64,000 bases of DNA, taken from NCBI GenBank assembly GCA_031551525.1, contig JAVBNN010000009.1, positions 1,120 to 65,119 of the forward strand. Direction: 5' to 3'. The notes beneath the pieces were generated by a model, which saw nothing but the letters and a program-made list of their open reading frames with translations, was not told the origin of the DNA and ran no database searches. Below are positions 43,253 through 53,971 of the stretch, piece by piece. The stretch comes from Acidaminococcales bacterium. Its GTDB lineage: Bacteria > Bacillota > Negativicutes > Acidaminococcales > JAISLQ01. Each line of letters begins with the position of its first letter. Positions within the stretch are counted from its first letter, which is position 1. Position numbers and translations under genes: made by a program.

Positions 43253-43831
43253 ATGGGGGGATATATTTTGCAACAGGAAAAAGCCTATGAAATATTGAAA
43301 AAGTATGTTAATGCTGACCATTTGGTGAAACATTGTGCGGCGGTGGAAATAGCCGTGCGCGCCTACGCGGAGAAATTTGGTGAAGACGTCGACTATTGGG
43401 GAGCGGTAGGGCTGCTGCACGACATAGACTTTGAAAAATACCCCGAAGAGCACCTGCAACATTCGCGGGATATATTGATCGCCGAAGGGTTTGACGAGCA
43501 GTTCGTTACCGATGTTTTATCGCACGGGCGCGACTGGCAGCCTGAACGCACTTTACTGCAAAAAACACTGTTCGCCACGGACGAGATGACTGGCTTCGTA
43601 CTGGCCTGCGCTCTGGTAAGGCCGGACAAAAGCCTTGACAACCTGGAAGTAAAGTCAGTGGTGAAAAAAATGAAAGACAAGGCTTTCGCCAAAGCGGTCA
43701 ACCGTGAAACGCTGACCAAAGGCGCTGAAATGTTGGGTATGGATATCAAAGAACACATAGAATTTGTGACCAAAGCTCTGGCGGATAAAGTAAACCAGCC
43801 ACCGTACGCGGCGCTGAAGTTTCTCGGCTAG
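43253..43831 (+). CDS. HD-domain hydrolase (small stand-alone HD superfamily protein)
   Basis: LVKHCAAVEIAVRAYAEKFGEDVDYWGAVGLLHDIDFEKYPEEH. The real start may be the TTG at 43268, behind GGGGGGA. Confidence 0.7.
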   Translation: MGGYILQQEKAYEILKKYVNADHLVKHCAAVEIAVRAYAEKFGEDVDYWGAVGLLHDIDFEKYPEEHLQHSRDILIAEGFDEQFVTDVLSHGRDWQPERTLLQKTLFATDEMTGFVLACALVRPDKSLDNLEVKSVVKKMKDKAFAKAVNRETLTKGAEMLGMDIKEHIEFVTKALADKVNQPPYAALKFLG

Positions 43832-43836
43832 ATGAT

Positions 43837-43866
43837 ACAGGCCTTTTGCGGGCCTGTTTTTTTATT
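43837..43866 (+). terminator. Rho-independent terminator after the HD-domain gene
   Basis: ACAGGCC (43837-43843), a 7-nt loop and GGCCTGT (43851-43857), followed by TTTTTTTAT. Confidence 0.8.
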
Positions 43867-43916
43867 GAGCGTATGCTTGCATTCATGTATAATAAATATG
43901 TTAGGGAGGTAGTGCT

Positions 43917-45248
43917 TTGAACGCGGATAAAAAAACTTACCATATCATAAATTACGGCTGCCAGATGAACCAGAGTGATTCTGAACACTACGCCGGACAA
44001 CTGGACGCTATGGGCTATAATGGTATAGATAGCTATGCTGGAGCCGACGTCGTCTTGATAAATACCTGCTGCATCAGAGAGAGCGCGGAAAAAAAAATAC
44101 ATGGCAAGATTGGTGAACTGAAGCGCCTGAAAACCGAAAAACCAGGCTGCGTTATCGTATTGGCCGGATGTATGGCGCAAAAAGACGGAGAAAAACTGCT
44201 AAAAAAATACAGCCAACTTGATCTAGTCTTGGGTACTTTTCATATCAGCAGATTTGCGCAGATACTTTCGGAATTTTTAGCCAGTCCCAAACGACGGGTC
44301 AGCGTGGAAGAAAAACTGCAAGAAGGTGAATTTGAAAGCGGAGTCGGGCGCCGTAGCAGTTTTGCCGCCTGGGTACCCATCATGTATGGCTGCAACAATT
44401 TTTGCACCTATTGTATAGTGCCCTATGTCAGAGGACGAGAACGCAGCCGGGCGCAGGGAGACATCATAGCGGAAATGGCGGCGGCAGTCACCCAAGGCTA
44501 TACAGAGTTCACTCTTTTGGGGCAGAACGTCAATTCTTACGGTAAAGACCAGGGCCGGAAAAACGCTTTTTCCGAACTGCTCAAAGCGGTTGACGCAGTA
44601 AAAGGCGTAGAACGTATACGCTTTATGACCAGTCACCCGCGCGACATGGGAAAAGACGTTATAGAGGCGGTGGCGGCAGGCGAGCATCTTTGCGAACATT
44701 TTCATCTGCCGGTACAGGCGGGGAGCGATAGAATCATTTCCGCCATGAATCGCGGCTACAGCAGCGGTGAATATCTTGAACTGGTAGGCATGGTCAGGGA
44801 TTTGATTCCAGCGGCCAGCATAACGACCGATATCATAGTTGGTTTTCCCGGCGAAACGGAAAAAGATTTTCAGGCGACCCGCGACATGGTGGAACGGGTG
44901 GGTTATGACGCGGCATATACATTTCTTTACTCCGCGCGTTCCGGTACTCCGGCCGCTAAAATGCCGGAACAGGTGCCGCTTGACGTTAAAAAAACGCGCC
45001 TGAAAGAACTTATGTCCGTACAAAATATCAACGGACTCAAGCGCAACCAGTCGCTTCTCGGTAGCGTGCAAGAGGTAATGTTGGAGGGGGCAAGCCATAA
45101 GGATGAACAAACACTTTCCGGGCGGACCCGGACCAATAAAATAGTCATATGGCCGCGGGAGAGCAGGGAGGTAACTCCCGGCGAGCTCATACCAGTTAAA
45201 ATAACGGCGGCGCAGACATGGTTAGTGAAAGGACAGGAAGCCCAATGA
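43917..45248 (+). CDS. miaB: tRNA-2-methylthio-N6-dimethylallyladenosine synthase
   Basis: The UPF0004 N-domain has NYGCQMNQSDSE. Radical SAM MYGCNNFCTYCIVPYVRG. TRAM C-terminus. TTG start. Confidence 0.92.
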   Translation: MNADKKTYHIINYGCQMNQSDSEHYAGQLDAMGYNGIDSYAGADVVLINTCCIRESAEKKIHGKIGELKRLKTEKPGCVIVLAGCMAQKDGEKLLKKYSQLDLVLGTFHISRFAQILSEFLASPKRRVSVEEKLQEGEFESGVGRRSSFAAWVPIMYGCNNFCTYCIVPYVRGRERSRAQGDIIAEMAAAVTQGYTEFTLLGQNVNSYGKDQGRKNAFSELLKAVDAVKGVERIRFMTSHPRDMGKDVIEAVAAGEHLCEHFHLPVQAGSDRIISAMNRGYSSGEYLELVGMVRDLIPAASITTDIIVGFPGETEKDFQATRDMVERVGYDAAYTFLYSARSGTPAAKMPEQVPLDVKKTRLKELMSVQNINGLKRNQSLLGSVQEVMLEGASHKDEQTLSGRTRTNKIVIWPRESREVTPGELIPVKITAAQTWLVKGQEAQ

Positions 45249-47827
45249 CGGTGACTTATACGCCAATGATCCAGCAATATAAAGAGATAAAAGAATGCCA
45301 CCCGGGAGACATACTATTTTTCCGGTTGGGCGATTTTTATGAAATGTTTTTCGAAGATGCGGAACTGGCTTCCCGCGAACTGGAAATAACTCTTACCGGG
45401 CGCGAGGGTGGGTCAAAAGAACGTATTCCTATGTGTGGTGTGCCTTACCATGCGGCGGAAGGTTATATAGCCAAACTTTTGAAAAAAGGTTACCGCATAG
45501 CTATCTGCGAACAGACCGAAGACCCCAAACAGGCAACTGGCCTCGTGAAACGCGAAGTAGTGAAAATAATCACACCAGGCACTACGATGAACGAACAAAT
45601 ACTGGAAGACAAAACCAACCAGTATCTTGTTTTGGTTTATGAAGAAAACGCTCTGCTTTGCCTTGTAGCCGCCGACATATCGACCGGCGAATGCCTGTGG
45701 ACGGTTTGCCGTGGAGCGGCTCGTCACGAAAAAGCAGCCGACTTTATCTTCCAGACCTCACCGGCTGAAATCGTGCAGTCCGGCAATGTAGAAAACTGGG
45801 ACAAACTCGAAGATTTTTGTCGGCAAAAACTCGGCAATTTCGTTTTTACCAGCTTTTTGCCGGAAAACATTAAAACGTCCGGGCAACTGGCGGAAAAGCA
45901 TTTTACGGACACCTCCCGTTTACCGCAAGAGGCTCGTACCGCGCTAGGTTTTATGCTGTCTTACCTTTATCAGGTGGTCAAGTCCGACCTGGCTCATTTG
46001 AACAGGCTGAACGAATTGAATTATGATAACACTATGCTTATGGACGCTACCGCCATACGTAACTTGGAAGTTTTAAAAAATATGCGTGACGGCTCCAAAA
46101 AAGACACGCTACTTTCTGTTTTGGATCGCACCCATACGGCGATGGGGGGGCGCCAGATAAAGCGCTGGCTGGAAATACCGCTTTTGAATCCGCTGTATAT
46201 AAAAAAACGCCAGCAGGTAGTAAAAGACCTCTTGGGCAATGTCGTTCTGCGTGACACTTTGGCCGACAACCTAAAGCGGATACAGGACATAGAACGCATA
46301 CTATCCCGGGTGGAGGTAGGAACGGCCAACGCCCGTGACCTGGCTGCGTTATCGTCATCACTAGGCGCTTTGCCGGAAATAAAAAGGATACTTTCTGTTG
46401 CCGGCTCCAGTAGTTTGGCGCTCTTGGGCGGGCAGATGGAAGTACACGCAGCGCTGTTTAACCTGCTCGTTAGCGCTTTGGTTGAAGAACCGCCTTTTTC
46501 CGTGCGCGAAGGCGGCATGATCAAAGAAGGGTATGATTTTGAACTCGACGAACTGCGCGCTATTTCCCGCGAAAGTCGCGCCTGGATGGCGGACTTTGAG
46601 CAAAAGGAACGGATAAGCACAGGGATAAAAAACCTCAAAGTCGGTTATAACAAAGTTTTTGGTTATTACATAGAGATAACCAAGTCCAATTTGCAGTCTG
46701 TGCCTGATAATTTTGTCAGAAAACAGACTTTGGCCAACGCAGAGCGCTATATAGTGCCAGAACTCAAAGAATTTGAAAACAAAATATTGGGTGCGCAAGA
46801 ACGCATAGAGCAGCTGGAATACCATCTATTTGGTCTTTTGCGGGAGAAAGTGCGCGAACAACTGGTTAGCCTTCAGGATACCGCCCGTTTGCTGGCCGAC
46901 ATAGACGTTTTCATGGCGCTGGCGGTGGCAGCGGACAAGTACAATTTTGTTTGCCCGGAAATTAACGACCGTCAGGAAATAATCATAAAAGACGGCCGTC
47001 ATCCGGTAGTGGAGAGACTGTTAGTTCGCGAGATGTTTGTACCGAATGATACGGCGCTCAACATGAAAGAACAGCGCACCGTCATCATAACCGGTCCGAA
47101 TATGGCCGGCAAATCTACTTATATGCGCCAAGTGGCGCTCATTGTCCTGTTGGCGCAGATCGGCAGTTTTGTGCCGGCGCGTGAAGCCAGCATTTGCCCG
47201 GTGGATAGGATATTTACCAGGGTGGGGGCGAGCGACGACTTGGCCAGTGGACAGAGTACCTTTATGGTGGAGATGACCGAAGTTGCGCAGATCATCAAAT
47301 ATGCAACCGCTAACAGCCTGATAATCCTTGACGAAGTGGGACGGGGCACCAGCACTTACGATGGTATGAGTATCGCGCGGGCAGTCATTGAACACATCAG
47401 CGGCAGGATAAAGGCCAAGACTCTATTTGCCACGCACTACCACGAACTTATACAACTGGAAGAAAGCATATCTTCCCTAAAAAACTATTCGGTGGCAGTA
47501 AAGGAACGCGGCAACGAAGTAGTGTTTTTGCGTCGGATCATCCCCGGCGGGGCTGACAAGAGCTACGGCATACACGTGGCACAGCTCGCCGGTTTGCCGA
47601 AAAATCTCCTGGCACGAGCCCAGGAACTTTTAGCAGAATACTCCGAAGGTATATGCGCGACGCCCGTTCAGGACAATGCCGTACAAAACGGTCAATCATC
47701 CTTGTTTGCCAGTGCCTTGAGCAGTGAACTTTTAAAACTGGACGTCACCACGCTTACTCCGCTCGAAGCGCTCAATAAAATATTTGAACTGCAGCAAGAG
47801 GCAAGGCGGGAGGCTGGGTTATCATGA
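45245..47827 (+). CDS. mutS: DNA mismatch repair protein MutS
   Basis: TPMIQQYKEIKECHPGDILFFRLGDFYEMFFEDA, Walker A GPNMAGKSTYMRQ, and DEVGRGTSTYDG. The ATG at 45245 overlaps the miaB stop. Confidence 0.97.
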   Translation: MTVTYTPMIQQYKEIKECHPGDILFFRLGDFYEMFFEDAELASRELEITLTGREGGSKERIPMCGVPYHAAEGYIAKLLKKGYRIAICEQTEDPKQATGLVKREVVKIITPGTTMNEQILEDKTNQYLVLVYEENALLCLVAADISTGECLWTVCRGAARHEKAADFIFQTSPAEIVQSGNVENWDKLEDFCRQKLGNFVFTSFLPENIKTSGQLAEKHFTDTSRLPQEARTALGFMLSYLYQVVKSDLAHLNRLNELNYDNTMLMDATAIRNLEVLKNMRDGSKKDTLLSVLDRTHTAMGGRQIKRWLEIPLLNPLYIKKRQQVVKDLLGNVVLRDTLADNLKRIQDIERILSRVEVGTANARDLAALSSSLGALPEIKRILSVAGSSSLALLGGQMEVHAALFNLLVSALVEEPPFSVREGGMIKEGYDFELDELRAISRESRAWMADFEQKERISTGIKNLKVGYNKVFGYYIEITKSNLQSVPDNFVRKQTLANAERYIVPELKEFENKILGAQERIEQLEYHLFGLLREKVREQLVSLQDTARLLADIDVFMALAVAADKYNFVCPEINDRQEIIIKDGRHPVVERLLVREMFVPNDTALNMKEQRTVIITGPNMAGKSTYMRQVALIVLLAQIGSFVPAREASICPVDRIFTRVGASDDLASGQSTFMVEMTEVAQIIKYATANSLIILDEVGRGTSTYDGMSIARAVIEHISGRIKAKTLFATHYHELIQLEESISSLKNYSVAVKERGNEVVFLRRIIPGGADKSYGIHVAQLAGLPKNLLARAQELLAEYSEGICATPVQDNAVQNGQSSLFASALSSELLKLDVTTLTPLEALNKIFELQQEARREAGLS

Positions 47828-49656
47828 ACGATATGAAAATAATCCTTTTGGATCAGAATACCGCTAACCAGATAGCGGCAGGAGAAGTAGTGGAAAAACC
47901 GGCTTCGGTCGCTAAAGAACTGATGGAGAACGCTCTTGACGCCGGGGCAAAGGCGATTGAACTGGAAATAGCCGAGGGCGGGATAAAATACCTGCGCGTC
48001 ACGGATGACGGTAGTGGAATGTCGCCGAAAGACGCGCGCCTGTCGGTGGCGCGCCATGCCACCAGCAAGATAAAGAGCAGCAGTGACCTTGTTGACATAG
48101 ACACACTGGGCTTTCGCGGCGAAGCTTTGCCGAGCATAGCTTCAGTGTCGCGTTTCACTCTTTTGACCCGTGTGGCAGACAGCGAGCTGGCAACGCAAAT
48201 AACCCTTACCGGGGGCGAAAAAGAAGAGATATTGGAAACAGGCGGGCGCATAGGCACTAGCGTGATAGTGGAAGACCTGTTTTTCAATGTTCCGGCCCGT
48301 CGCAAGTTTTTGCGCACGGACAGTACAGAAGGGCGCTATATTAATGAAATGGTGGGGAAATTGGCACTGACCCGACCGGATGTAAAATTCATACTGACTA
48401 ATAATGGCCGGCAGGTGGTGAATACGCCGGGTAACGGCGACTTGGCCGATACGGTGGCCGCCATTTACGGTTTCAAGACGCGCGAGGATCTTTTACCGGT
48501 AAACTACCAGTCGGATAACATAAAAGTAACCGGGTATATAGGAAAACCCTCTCTCATCAAAAGTTCCCGCCAGTGGCAGACGGTGATAGTAAACAGGCGG
48601 GTGATAAACAGCCGTTTCCTTTCCCGCGCCCTTGACCACGCCTATCAGTCGCAACTGCCCAAGAACGGCTATCCGTTTACCGTCCTAAACATAGAATTGT
48701 CGGGATCGGCGATCGATGTAAATGTACATCCGCAAAAAAGTGAAATACGTTTCAGCGACGAACAAGGTGTTTATCGCGTGGTATACCGGGCCATCTCCAA
48801 AGCGTTGGAGGTTCCCTTGCAAACTAATGCCGGTGAAACGGAAAAACCGGTCTTGCCGACAGTGGCTGCCCCCCCCGCCGTTTACAGGCTGAATTTTGAA
48901 GAAGAAAAAAGGCCTGTTTTTAAATACACGGATAAACTGCCAGAGCGGCAGTTTCAGGTACGGGAAGAGGCCGCGTTATATGACGGCAGGAAAATAGCCG
49001 TAGATGATTTTCTTGCGGCACGGGAAACCATGATGGCCGACACGGTACTTTCCCAGGCGAGAAGCGATGTGCAAGCGGAAGGCGGTGTAGCTGCCATATG
49101 GCCATTGGGACAGATAGATCGCATGTATGTTGCCGCCCAGTCTGACGATTGCCTGTACATTATCGACCAGCACGCAGCGCATGAGCGTATAATGTACGAC
49201 CGCCTGTCAGCCGCAAAAAAAGATATACCGGCCCAACAACTGCTAGTACCGATATTTGTAGAATTGGCCCCGGACGACCTCGACCTCATCATGTCTTGCC
49301 GGGAAGTTTTTTTCGGGCTTTGTTTTGACTTGGAAGAAGCCGGGCCGGATGTATTGCGGATAAACAGCATACCGGCAGATATAGATACTGGCGAACTGGA
49401 AGCCTTTATCCGCGAAGCCCTGCGCTTTATAGTAGAAATGAAAAAGCCGGACGCAGCCGAACTGCGCCACGAATTTATTGCAATGGCATCCTGCAAGGCT
49501 GCTATAAAAGCGGGACAGACTCTTAATATGCGTGAGATGAAAGAGCTTATCGCCGATCTGATGAAAACCGCGCATCCATTCACGTGTCCGCACGGGCGGC
49601 CGGCTATACTAAGCTTCCCTAGCCAGGAACTCTTTCGTTTGTTCAAAAGGACTTGA
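47824..49656 (+). CDS. mutL: DNA mismatch repair protein MutL
   Basis: IAAGEVVEKPASVAKELMENALDAGA (GHKL N-box), GFRGEAL, and the C-terminal dimerisation domain with QHAAHERIMYD and CPHGRP. Confidence 0.97.
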   Translation: MNDMKIILLDQNTANQIAAGEVVEKPASVAKELMENALDAGAKAIELEIAEGGIKYLRVTDDGSGMSPKDARLSVARHATSKIKSSSDLVDIDTLGFRGEALPSIASVSRFTLLTRVADSELATQITLTGGEKEEILETGGRIGTSVIVEDLFFNVPARRKFLRTDSTEGRYINEMVGKLALTRPDVKFILTNNGRQVVNTPGNGDLADTVAAIYGFKTREDLLPVNYQSDNIKVTGYIGKPSLIKSSRQWQTVIVNRRVINSRFLSRALDHAYQSQLPKNGYPFTVLNIELSGSAIDVNVHPQKSEIRFSDEQGVYRVVYRAISKALEVPLQTNAGETEKPVLPTVAAPPAVYRLNFEEEKRPVFKYTDKLPERQFQVREEAALYDGRKIAVDDFLAARETMMADTVLSQARSDVQAEGGVAAIWPLGQIDRMYVAAQSDDCLYIIDQHAAHERIMYDRLSAAKKDIPAQQLLVPIFVELAPDDLDLIMSCREVFFGLCFDLEEAGPDVLRINSIPADIDTGELEAFIREALRFIVEMKKPDAAELRHEFIAMASCKAAIKAGQTLNMREMKELIADLMKTAHPFTCPHGRPAILSFPSQELFRLFKRT

Positions 49657-49659
49657 GCC

Positions 49660-50445
49660 ATGCGCTATGCGGTTACCATAGGAAAAAACGAACAGGTGGA
49701 TCTCGCCGCTGTGGCTCAAACATGGGCAACAGAGCTGGAAGTGCCCTATCTCTCGCGCAGGCGCGGGCGATTGGATGAACTTTTGCAAAAAGAAAATTTG
49801 GATGGCCTGATAGTGGCGACGGCGCTCGGTCCGCGCGCCTATTCTGCCGGAGGCACACTTTTTTTTCATCCAGGTATGGGACGGTTGCGTTGCGACAATA
49901 TTAAAAATGGTCTGGGCGACCGTATGATTACAGCCATGCAGCTGGCAAACGGTATGAGCGTTCTCGACTGCACCCTGGGCCTGGCAGCGGATGCTTTTGT
50001 CGCCGCTTATGTGACGGGGGAGGACGGCAAGGTCGTCGGACTCGAAACTTCAGCGCCGGTGGCTTTTGTGATCAGGGAAGGGTTAAAGTGCTATCAGGAC
50101 GACGAAGACGAGTACAGTGCGGCCAGCCGCCGGATAACAGTCATAAATAAAGAAGCGGGAGAATATCTTTTCAGTTTGCCGGATGATTGTTTCGACGTGG
50201 TGTATTTTGATCCGATGTTCGCAAGAGGCGTGCCCGAATCTTCCGGCATGCAGCCACTGCGGCCATTTTCATGTACAATGCCGCTTGAAGCAAAAATACT
50301 GCGAGAAGCGGAACGGGTAGCCAGGAAGAGAGTCGTCATAAAAAGCGACAAATATTATCGACCGTCTTTTTTGGTAAATGCAAAGGAAGCGCCCGGCGGG
50401 AAATACAGCAGAGTGAAATATTCAGTCATAGAGGTTGGCAAATGA
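49660..50445 (+). CDS. Class I SAM-dependent methyltransferase, RsmJ-like (DUF548 type)
   Basis: VLDCTLGLAADAFVAAYVTGEDGKVVGLE ... VVYFDPMF ... KRVVIKSD parallels RsmJ motifs (DATAGLGRDAF, VVYLDPMF, KRVVVKRP). Confidence 0.65.
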   Translation: MRYAVTIGKNEQVDLAAVAQTWATELEVPYLSRRRGRLDELLQKENLDGLIVATALGPRAYSAGGTLFFHPGMGRLRCDNIKNGLGDRMITAMQLANGMSVLDCTLGLAADAFVAAYVTGEDGKVVGLETSAPVAFVIREGLKCYQDDEDEYSAASRRITVINKEAGEYLFSLPDDCFDVVYFDPMFARGVPESSGMQPLRPFSCTMPLEAKILREAERVARKRVVIKSDKYYRPSFLVNAKEAPGGKYSRVKYSVIEVGK

Positions 50446-51371
50446 AAGAAAAACTCGTGGTATTGCTAGGTCCGACCGCCACAGGGAAAACTAGGGCGGG
50501 CGTGGCACTGGCCAAAAGGATGGGTACGGAGATAATATCCGGTGACTCCATGCTGGTGTATAAGGGGCTTGATATCGGCACTGCCAAACCTAACCGGGAA
50601 GAACGCCAGGGCGTGAAACATCATCTTATAGATATAGCCGATCCGCTGGATGATTTCAGTGCGGCAGCCTTTCAGCAACAGGCGGCAAAAATCATCAGCG
50701 AACTTAACCGGGCTGGCAAGATACCTCTGGTAGTCGGCGGGACGGGGCTTTACATAAAGTCTTTGCTGGAAGGGTATATATTTTCTGCCGTACGGGGAGA
50801 AAGTGAAGTGCGTCGGGAACTGGCCGTTTTCACCGAAAAGTTTGGTACACCGGCTCTATGGGAACGGCTTAATAAAATAAATGCCGAAGCTGCGCGTGCG
50901 ATACACCCCAATAACAGGCATCGGCTCATCCGGGCGCTGGAGGTGGCCTTGGCTGGTGAAACGGTATCCAGGGAGAAACAGCCGGAACTGGTTTATGACG
51001 CGCTTGTTTTTGGTCTGACGGCGGAAAGGGGAACCCTTTACGAACGCATAAATGATCGAGTAGAGGAGATGTTCCAGGAAGGCTTGGCGGAAGAAGCCGC
51101 TCGTTTACTGGTAAATGGCATACCGAAAGAAGCGAAATGCCTCCAGGGTATTGGTTATAAAGAAACTGTCCGGTATTTGTCAGGCGAGATCAGTCGGCAG
51201 GAATGTATAAATCTGACAAAAAGGAATACGCGGCGTTTTGCCAAGCGTCAACTTACCTGGTACAGAAGCATGCCGTATATCAATTGGTTCGATGTAGCAA
51301 AAGATACCGATTGGCAACAATTAGTGGATGATATATATACAAAACTTGTGAAAAACTTTAAATTGCGGTAA
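50442..51371 (+). CDS. miaA: tRNA dimethylallyltransferase
   Basis: VVLLGPTATGKT, ISGDSMLVYKGLDIGTAKP, VVGGTGLY and RQLTWYR. Confidence 0.95.
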   Translation: MKEKLVVLLGPTATGKTRAGVALAKRMGTEIISGDSMLVYKGLDIGTAKPNREERQGVKHHLIDIADPLDDFSAAAFQQQAAKIISELNRAGKIPLVVGGTGLYIKSLLEGYIFSAVRGESEVRRELAVFTEKFGTPALWERLNKINAEAARAIHPNNRHRLIRALEVALAGETVSREKQPELVYDALVFGLTAERGTLYERINDRVEEMFQEGLAEEAARLLVNGIPKEAKCLQGIGYKETVRYLSGEISRQECINLTKRNTRRFAKRQLTWYRSMPYINWFDVAKDTDWQQLVDDIYTKLVKNFKLR

Positions 51372-51410
51372 AATAGAACAAATAACTATATATTTGGGGG
51401 CTAAAAGATA

Positions 51411-51659
51411 ATGGCGATAGTAAATAAAAGCATTAATTTGCAGGATAGCTTTTTAAATCAAGTAAGAAAAGAAAATGTAGCAGTTACCATTTATTTGGTC
51501 AACGGTTTTCAACTCAAGGGTATGGTAAGAGGTTTTGACAATTTTACCGTTATATTGGAAAACGACAACAAACAGCAACTTGTCTATAAACATGCCATAT
51601 CCACGATAACACCCATGCAAAGCATGCAGATCATGGCCCCGGAAAAGCCGCGGGTTTGA
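51411..51659 (+). CDS. hfq: RNA chaperone Hfq
   Basis: [57 protein letters not shown] (Sm1/Sm2). Located downstream of miaA. Confidence 0.95.
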   Translation: MAIVNKSINLQDSFLNQVRKENVAVTIYLVNGFQLKGMVRGFDNFTVILENDNKQQLVYKHAISTITPMQSMQIMAPEKPRV

Positions 51660-51684
51660 TTTTTGCTAAAGAGGGGGCGGGAGT

Positions 51685-52572
51685 TTGCAAGCCCAACTGA
51701 AGTCTTTCATACAATACATGCGGGTGGAGGAAGGTTTTTCGCCCAATACTATAATTTCTTACGAATCAGATATAAAACAATTCATCGCTTTTGCCAAAAG
51801 TAAAAATATCGAACAAGTATCTGAGGTCAGCCGGGAACTCTTGAGCGCATTTTTGCAGGCAGACAGAAAAAGCGGCTCTGTCGCTACCACCGCTTCGCGC
51901 CGGGTGGCTGCTTTCAAGTCTTTTTTTCGCTTTCTGGTAGACGAAGGCGAACTGGATAAAAATCCTGCCAGCTTGTTGCTCACGTCAAAGCGGGCACAAC
52001 ACCTGCCCAAAATATTATCATTTGATGAAGTGTTGCTTCTTCTGGAACAACCGGATATTGAAACTGCCGAAGGGCTGCGTGACCGCGCGATGCTGGAACT
52101 GCTCTACGCTACGGGCATGCGGGTATCAGAACTGGTGGGTTTGGACGTTAAAAATGTAAATACCGGTATGAGTTATATCATTTGCTATGGCAAAGGCTCA
52201 AAGGAACGCCTTATCCCGGTGGGGACGGCTGCCGTGGAGTGGCTGGTACGCTACCAGGAGAAAGGGCGTCCTCGGCTTATGCGTACGCCCTCGTTAGAGG
52301 CGCTTTTTTTGAGCAATAAAAGCAGTCGCATAACCAGGCAGGGTTTTTGGTACAATTTAAAAAATTATGCACAGAAAGCGGGAATAACCAAGGAATTGAC
52401 CCCGCATACTTTGCGACACTCGTTTGCCACGCATCTTCTTGAGAACGGAGCAGACCTGCGTGTAGTTCAGGAAATGCTGGGTCATGCGGATATCTCTACT
52501 ACCCAAATATATACCCATCTGACCAAAAAACATCTCAGGGATATTTACGATAAAACACATCCTCGCGCTTGA
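51685..52572 (+). CDS. Tyrosine site-specific recombinase, XerC/XerD family
   Basis: SAM-like N-domain (FIQYMRVEEGFSPNTIISYESDIKQF). Catalytic residues in ATGMRVSELVGL, HTLRHSFATHLL and LGHADISTTQIYTH. TTG start. Confidence 0.88.
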   Translation: MQAQLKSFIQYMRVEEGFSPNTIISYESDIKQFIAFAKSKNIEQVSEVSRELLSAFLQADRKSGSVATTASRRVAAFKSFFRFLVDEGELDKNPASLLLTSKRAQHLPKILSFDEVLLLLEQPDIETAEGLRDRAMLELLYATGMRVSELVGLDVKNVNTGMSYIICYGKGSKERLIPVGTAAVEWLVRYQEKGRPRLMRTPSLEALFLSNKSSRITRQGFWYNLKNYAQKAGITKELTPHTLRHSFATHLLENGADLRVVQEMLGHADISTTQIYTHLTKKHLRDIYDKTHPRA

Positions 52573-52583
52573 AAGGGGAAATT

Positions 52584-53807
52584 ATGCGTAAGAAACAAAA
52601 ATCATCAAAACTCTGGCTTTTTTTATTGCTGATCGGCTGCTCGGTAGCGGCGGTCAGCTATTTTGCCTGGGGTTCGGAAGATAAAGAAAAAAAGACGCCG
52701 GAGGTGAAACCTACCCCGGCCAGCGAACAAAAGCAGGAAGAAAAAAAGCCTTCCGGGGAGGGTGATTTTAAAGCGGCGTCAGCAGCTTTGCAGTCTGAAG
52801 TAGATAAACTATTGACCGCTAAAAAAGGCTGGCAAGTAAAAGACCCGGGTAAAACTGCGCAACAGGTCAAGCGCGACGCCGGCAAGGGCACTATCGACTG
52901 GTGGCAGCGAAACCTGGCTCTGACGGTCGACAAGGAGACCAACATCGACCAACTCACCAAATATATTTCCGATAGTTTAAAAGGGAAAAAGGGCATCATA
53001 CTGCGCCAGGAACAAGACACCTATGCTGGTAGCCAAGTCACCAGGCTGGATATTGCTCTGGTAGACAAACTGGGCGGCGACGACCTCAAACTTGTGACAG
53101 ACCGCATATATGTCATGGGACTGGCTCCGTTAGTGAAAAAACTCGGCAGCGGCAAACTGGCCATACTGATCGACGACTGCGGTTATGATACCGAAACAGT
53201 AAGCGCTATGAGCGCCCACACGCAAAAACTTACTTTTGCCGTACTGCCGGGCAGGGCGTATAGCAAGCAGGCCCTGTCTATCATAAAAGCGAACGGCCAG
53301 CAGGCTATGCTGCACCTGCCGATGGAGCCGCTTGATTCGTCACAGCAGTCGGAAAGCAAAACGGTTACCGTCAATATGACTGACGAACAGGTAAAGTCGA
53401 CTACCGCCTGGGCGCTCGATCAGGTGCCGGGTGTCGCCGGGGTCAACAACCATCAGGGCTCCCGGGCTACCGCCGATGAACGGGTTATGAAAGCGGCTCT
53501 TTCGGTAATAAAAAGCAAAGGCCTGTTTTTCGTCGACAGCAATACACAGCCAAAAACCATCGCCTATAAAGTGGCAGGCTCCATGGGAGTAAGGACTGCT
53601 ATAAACAATGCATTTTTAGACGGGGAAGCCGATGTCGGCTATATCAAGAACCGCATGCGTCAGGCCGGGCAGGCGGCGATAAAAAACGGCTCATACATAG
53701 CTATATGCCATGCCAGACCGAAAACAGTCATTGCGCTCTCGGAGATGGTGGGTGAACTGGAAGCGATGGGCGTGCAGTTTGTTTTCGTATCCAGCCTGTT
53801 ACATTAA
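52584..53807 (+). CDS. Divergent polysaccharide deacetylase family protein (YibQ/DUF610) with N-terminal membrane anchor
   Basis: TM LWLFLLLIGCSVAAVSYFAW, a Lys/Glu-rich linker, then LAILIDDCGYD, FAVLPG, HLPMEP, NNHQGS and FFVDSNT. Confidence 0.8.
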   Translation: MRKKQKSSKLWLFLLLIGCSVAAVSYFAWGSEDKEKKTPEVKPTPASEQKQEEKKPSGEGDFKAASAALQSEVDKLLTAKKGWQVKDPGKTAQQVKRDAGKGTIDWWQRNLALTVDKETNIDQLTKYISDSLKGKKGIILRQEQDTYAGSQVTRLDIALVDKLGGDDLKLVTDRIYVMGLAPLVKKLGSGKLAILIDDCGYDTETVSAMSAHTQKLTFAVLPGRAYSKQALSIIKANGQQAMLHLPMEPLDSSQQSESKTVTVNMTDEQVKSTTAWALDQVPGVAGVNNHQGSRATADERVMKAALSVIKSKGLFFVDSNTQPKTIAYKVAGSMGVRTAINNAFLDGEADVGYIKNRMRQAGQAAIKNGSYIAICHARPKTVIALSEMVGELEAMGVQFVFVSSLLH

Positions 53808-53908
53808 GCATGAACGCGATAATATGACCATCCGCCCACAAACAAGAGAAAAGTCAAATAAAGTCAAAGAAATGTGTTTATTTAAGAAAAAGCGGGTAAT
53901 AACGCTTA

Positions 53909-53937
53909 TTGTGAAATATGACTAAATAACTTATAAT
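53909..53937 (+). promoter_or_regulatory. Sigma-70-type promoter upstream of htpX
   Basis: TTGTGA (53909-53914), a 17-nt spacer and TATAAT (53932-53937), 35 nt upstream of the htpX ATG. Confidence 0.5.
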
Positions 53938-53971
53938 TTAATCGTAAACTTTTTTGGGGGGGATATTTGTT

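Noticed and set aside
51685-52572. Tyrosine recombinase considered as the integrase of a mobile element
   Set aside because: It sits in a housekeeping context (miaA-hfq upstream, deacetylase overlapping downstream). No adjacent tRNA, direct repeats, compositional shift or phage/ICE genes are present. The motifs fit chromosomal XerC/XerD.
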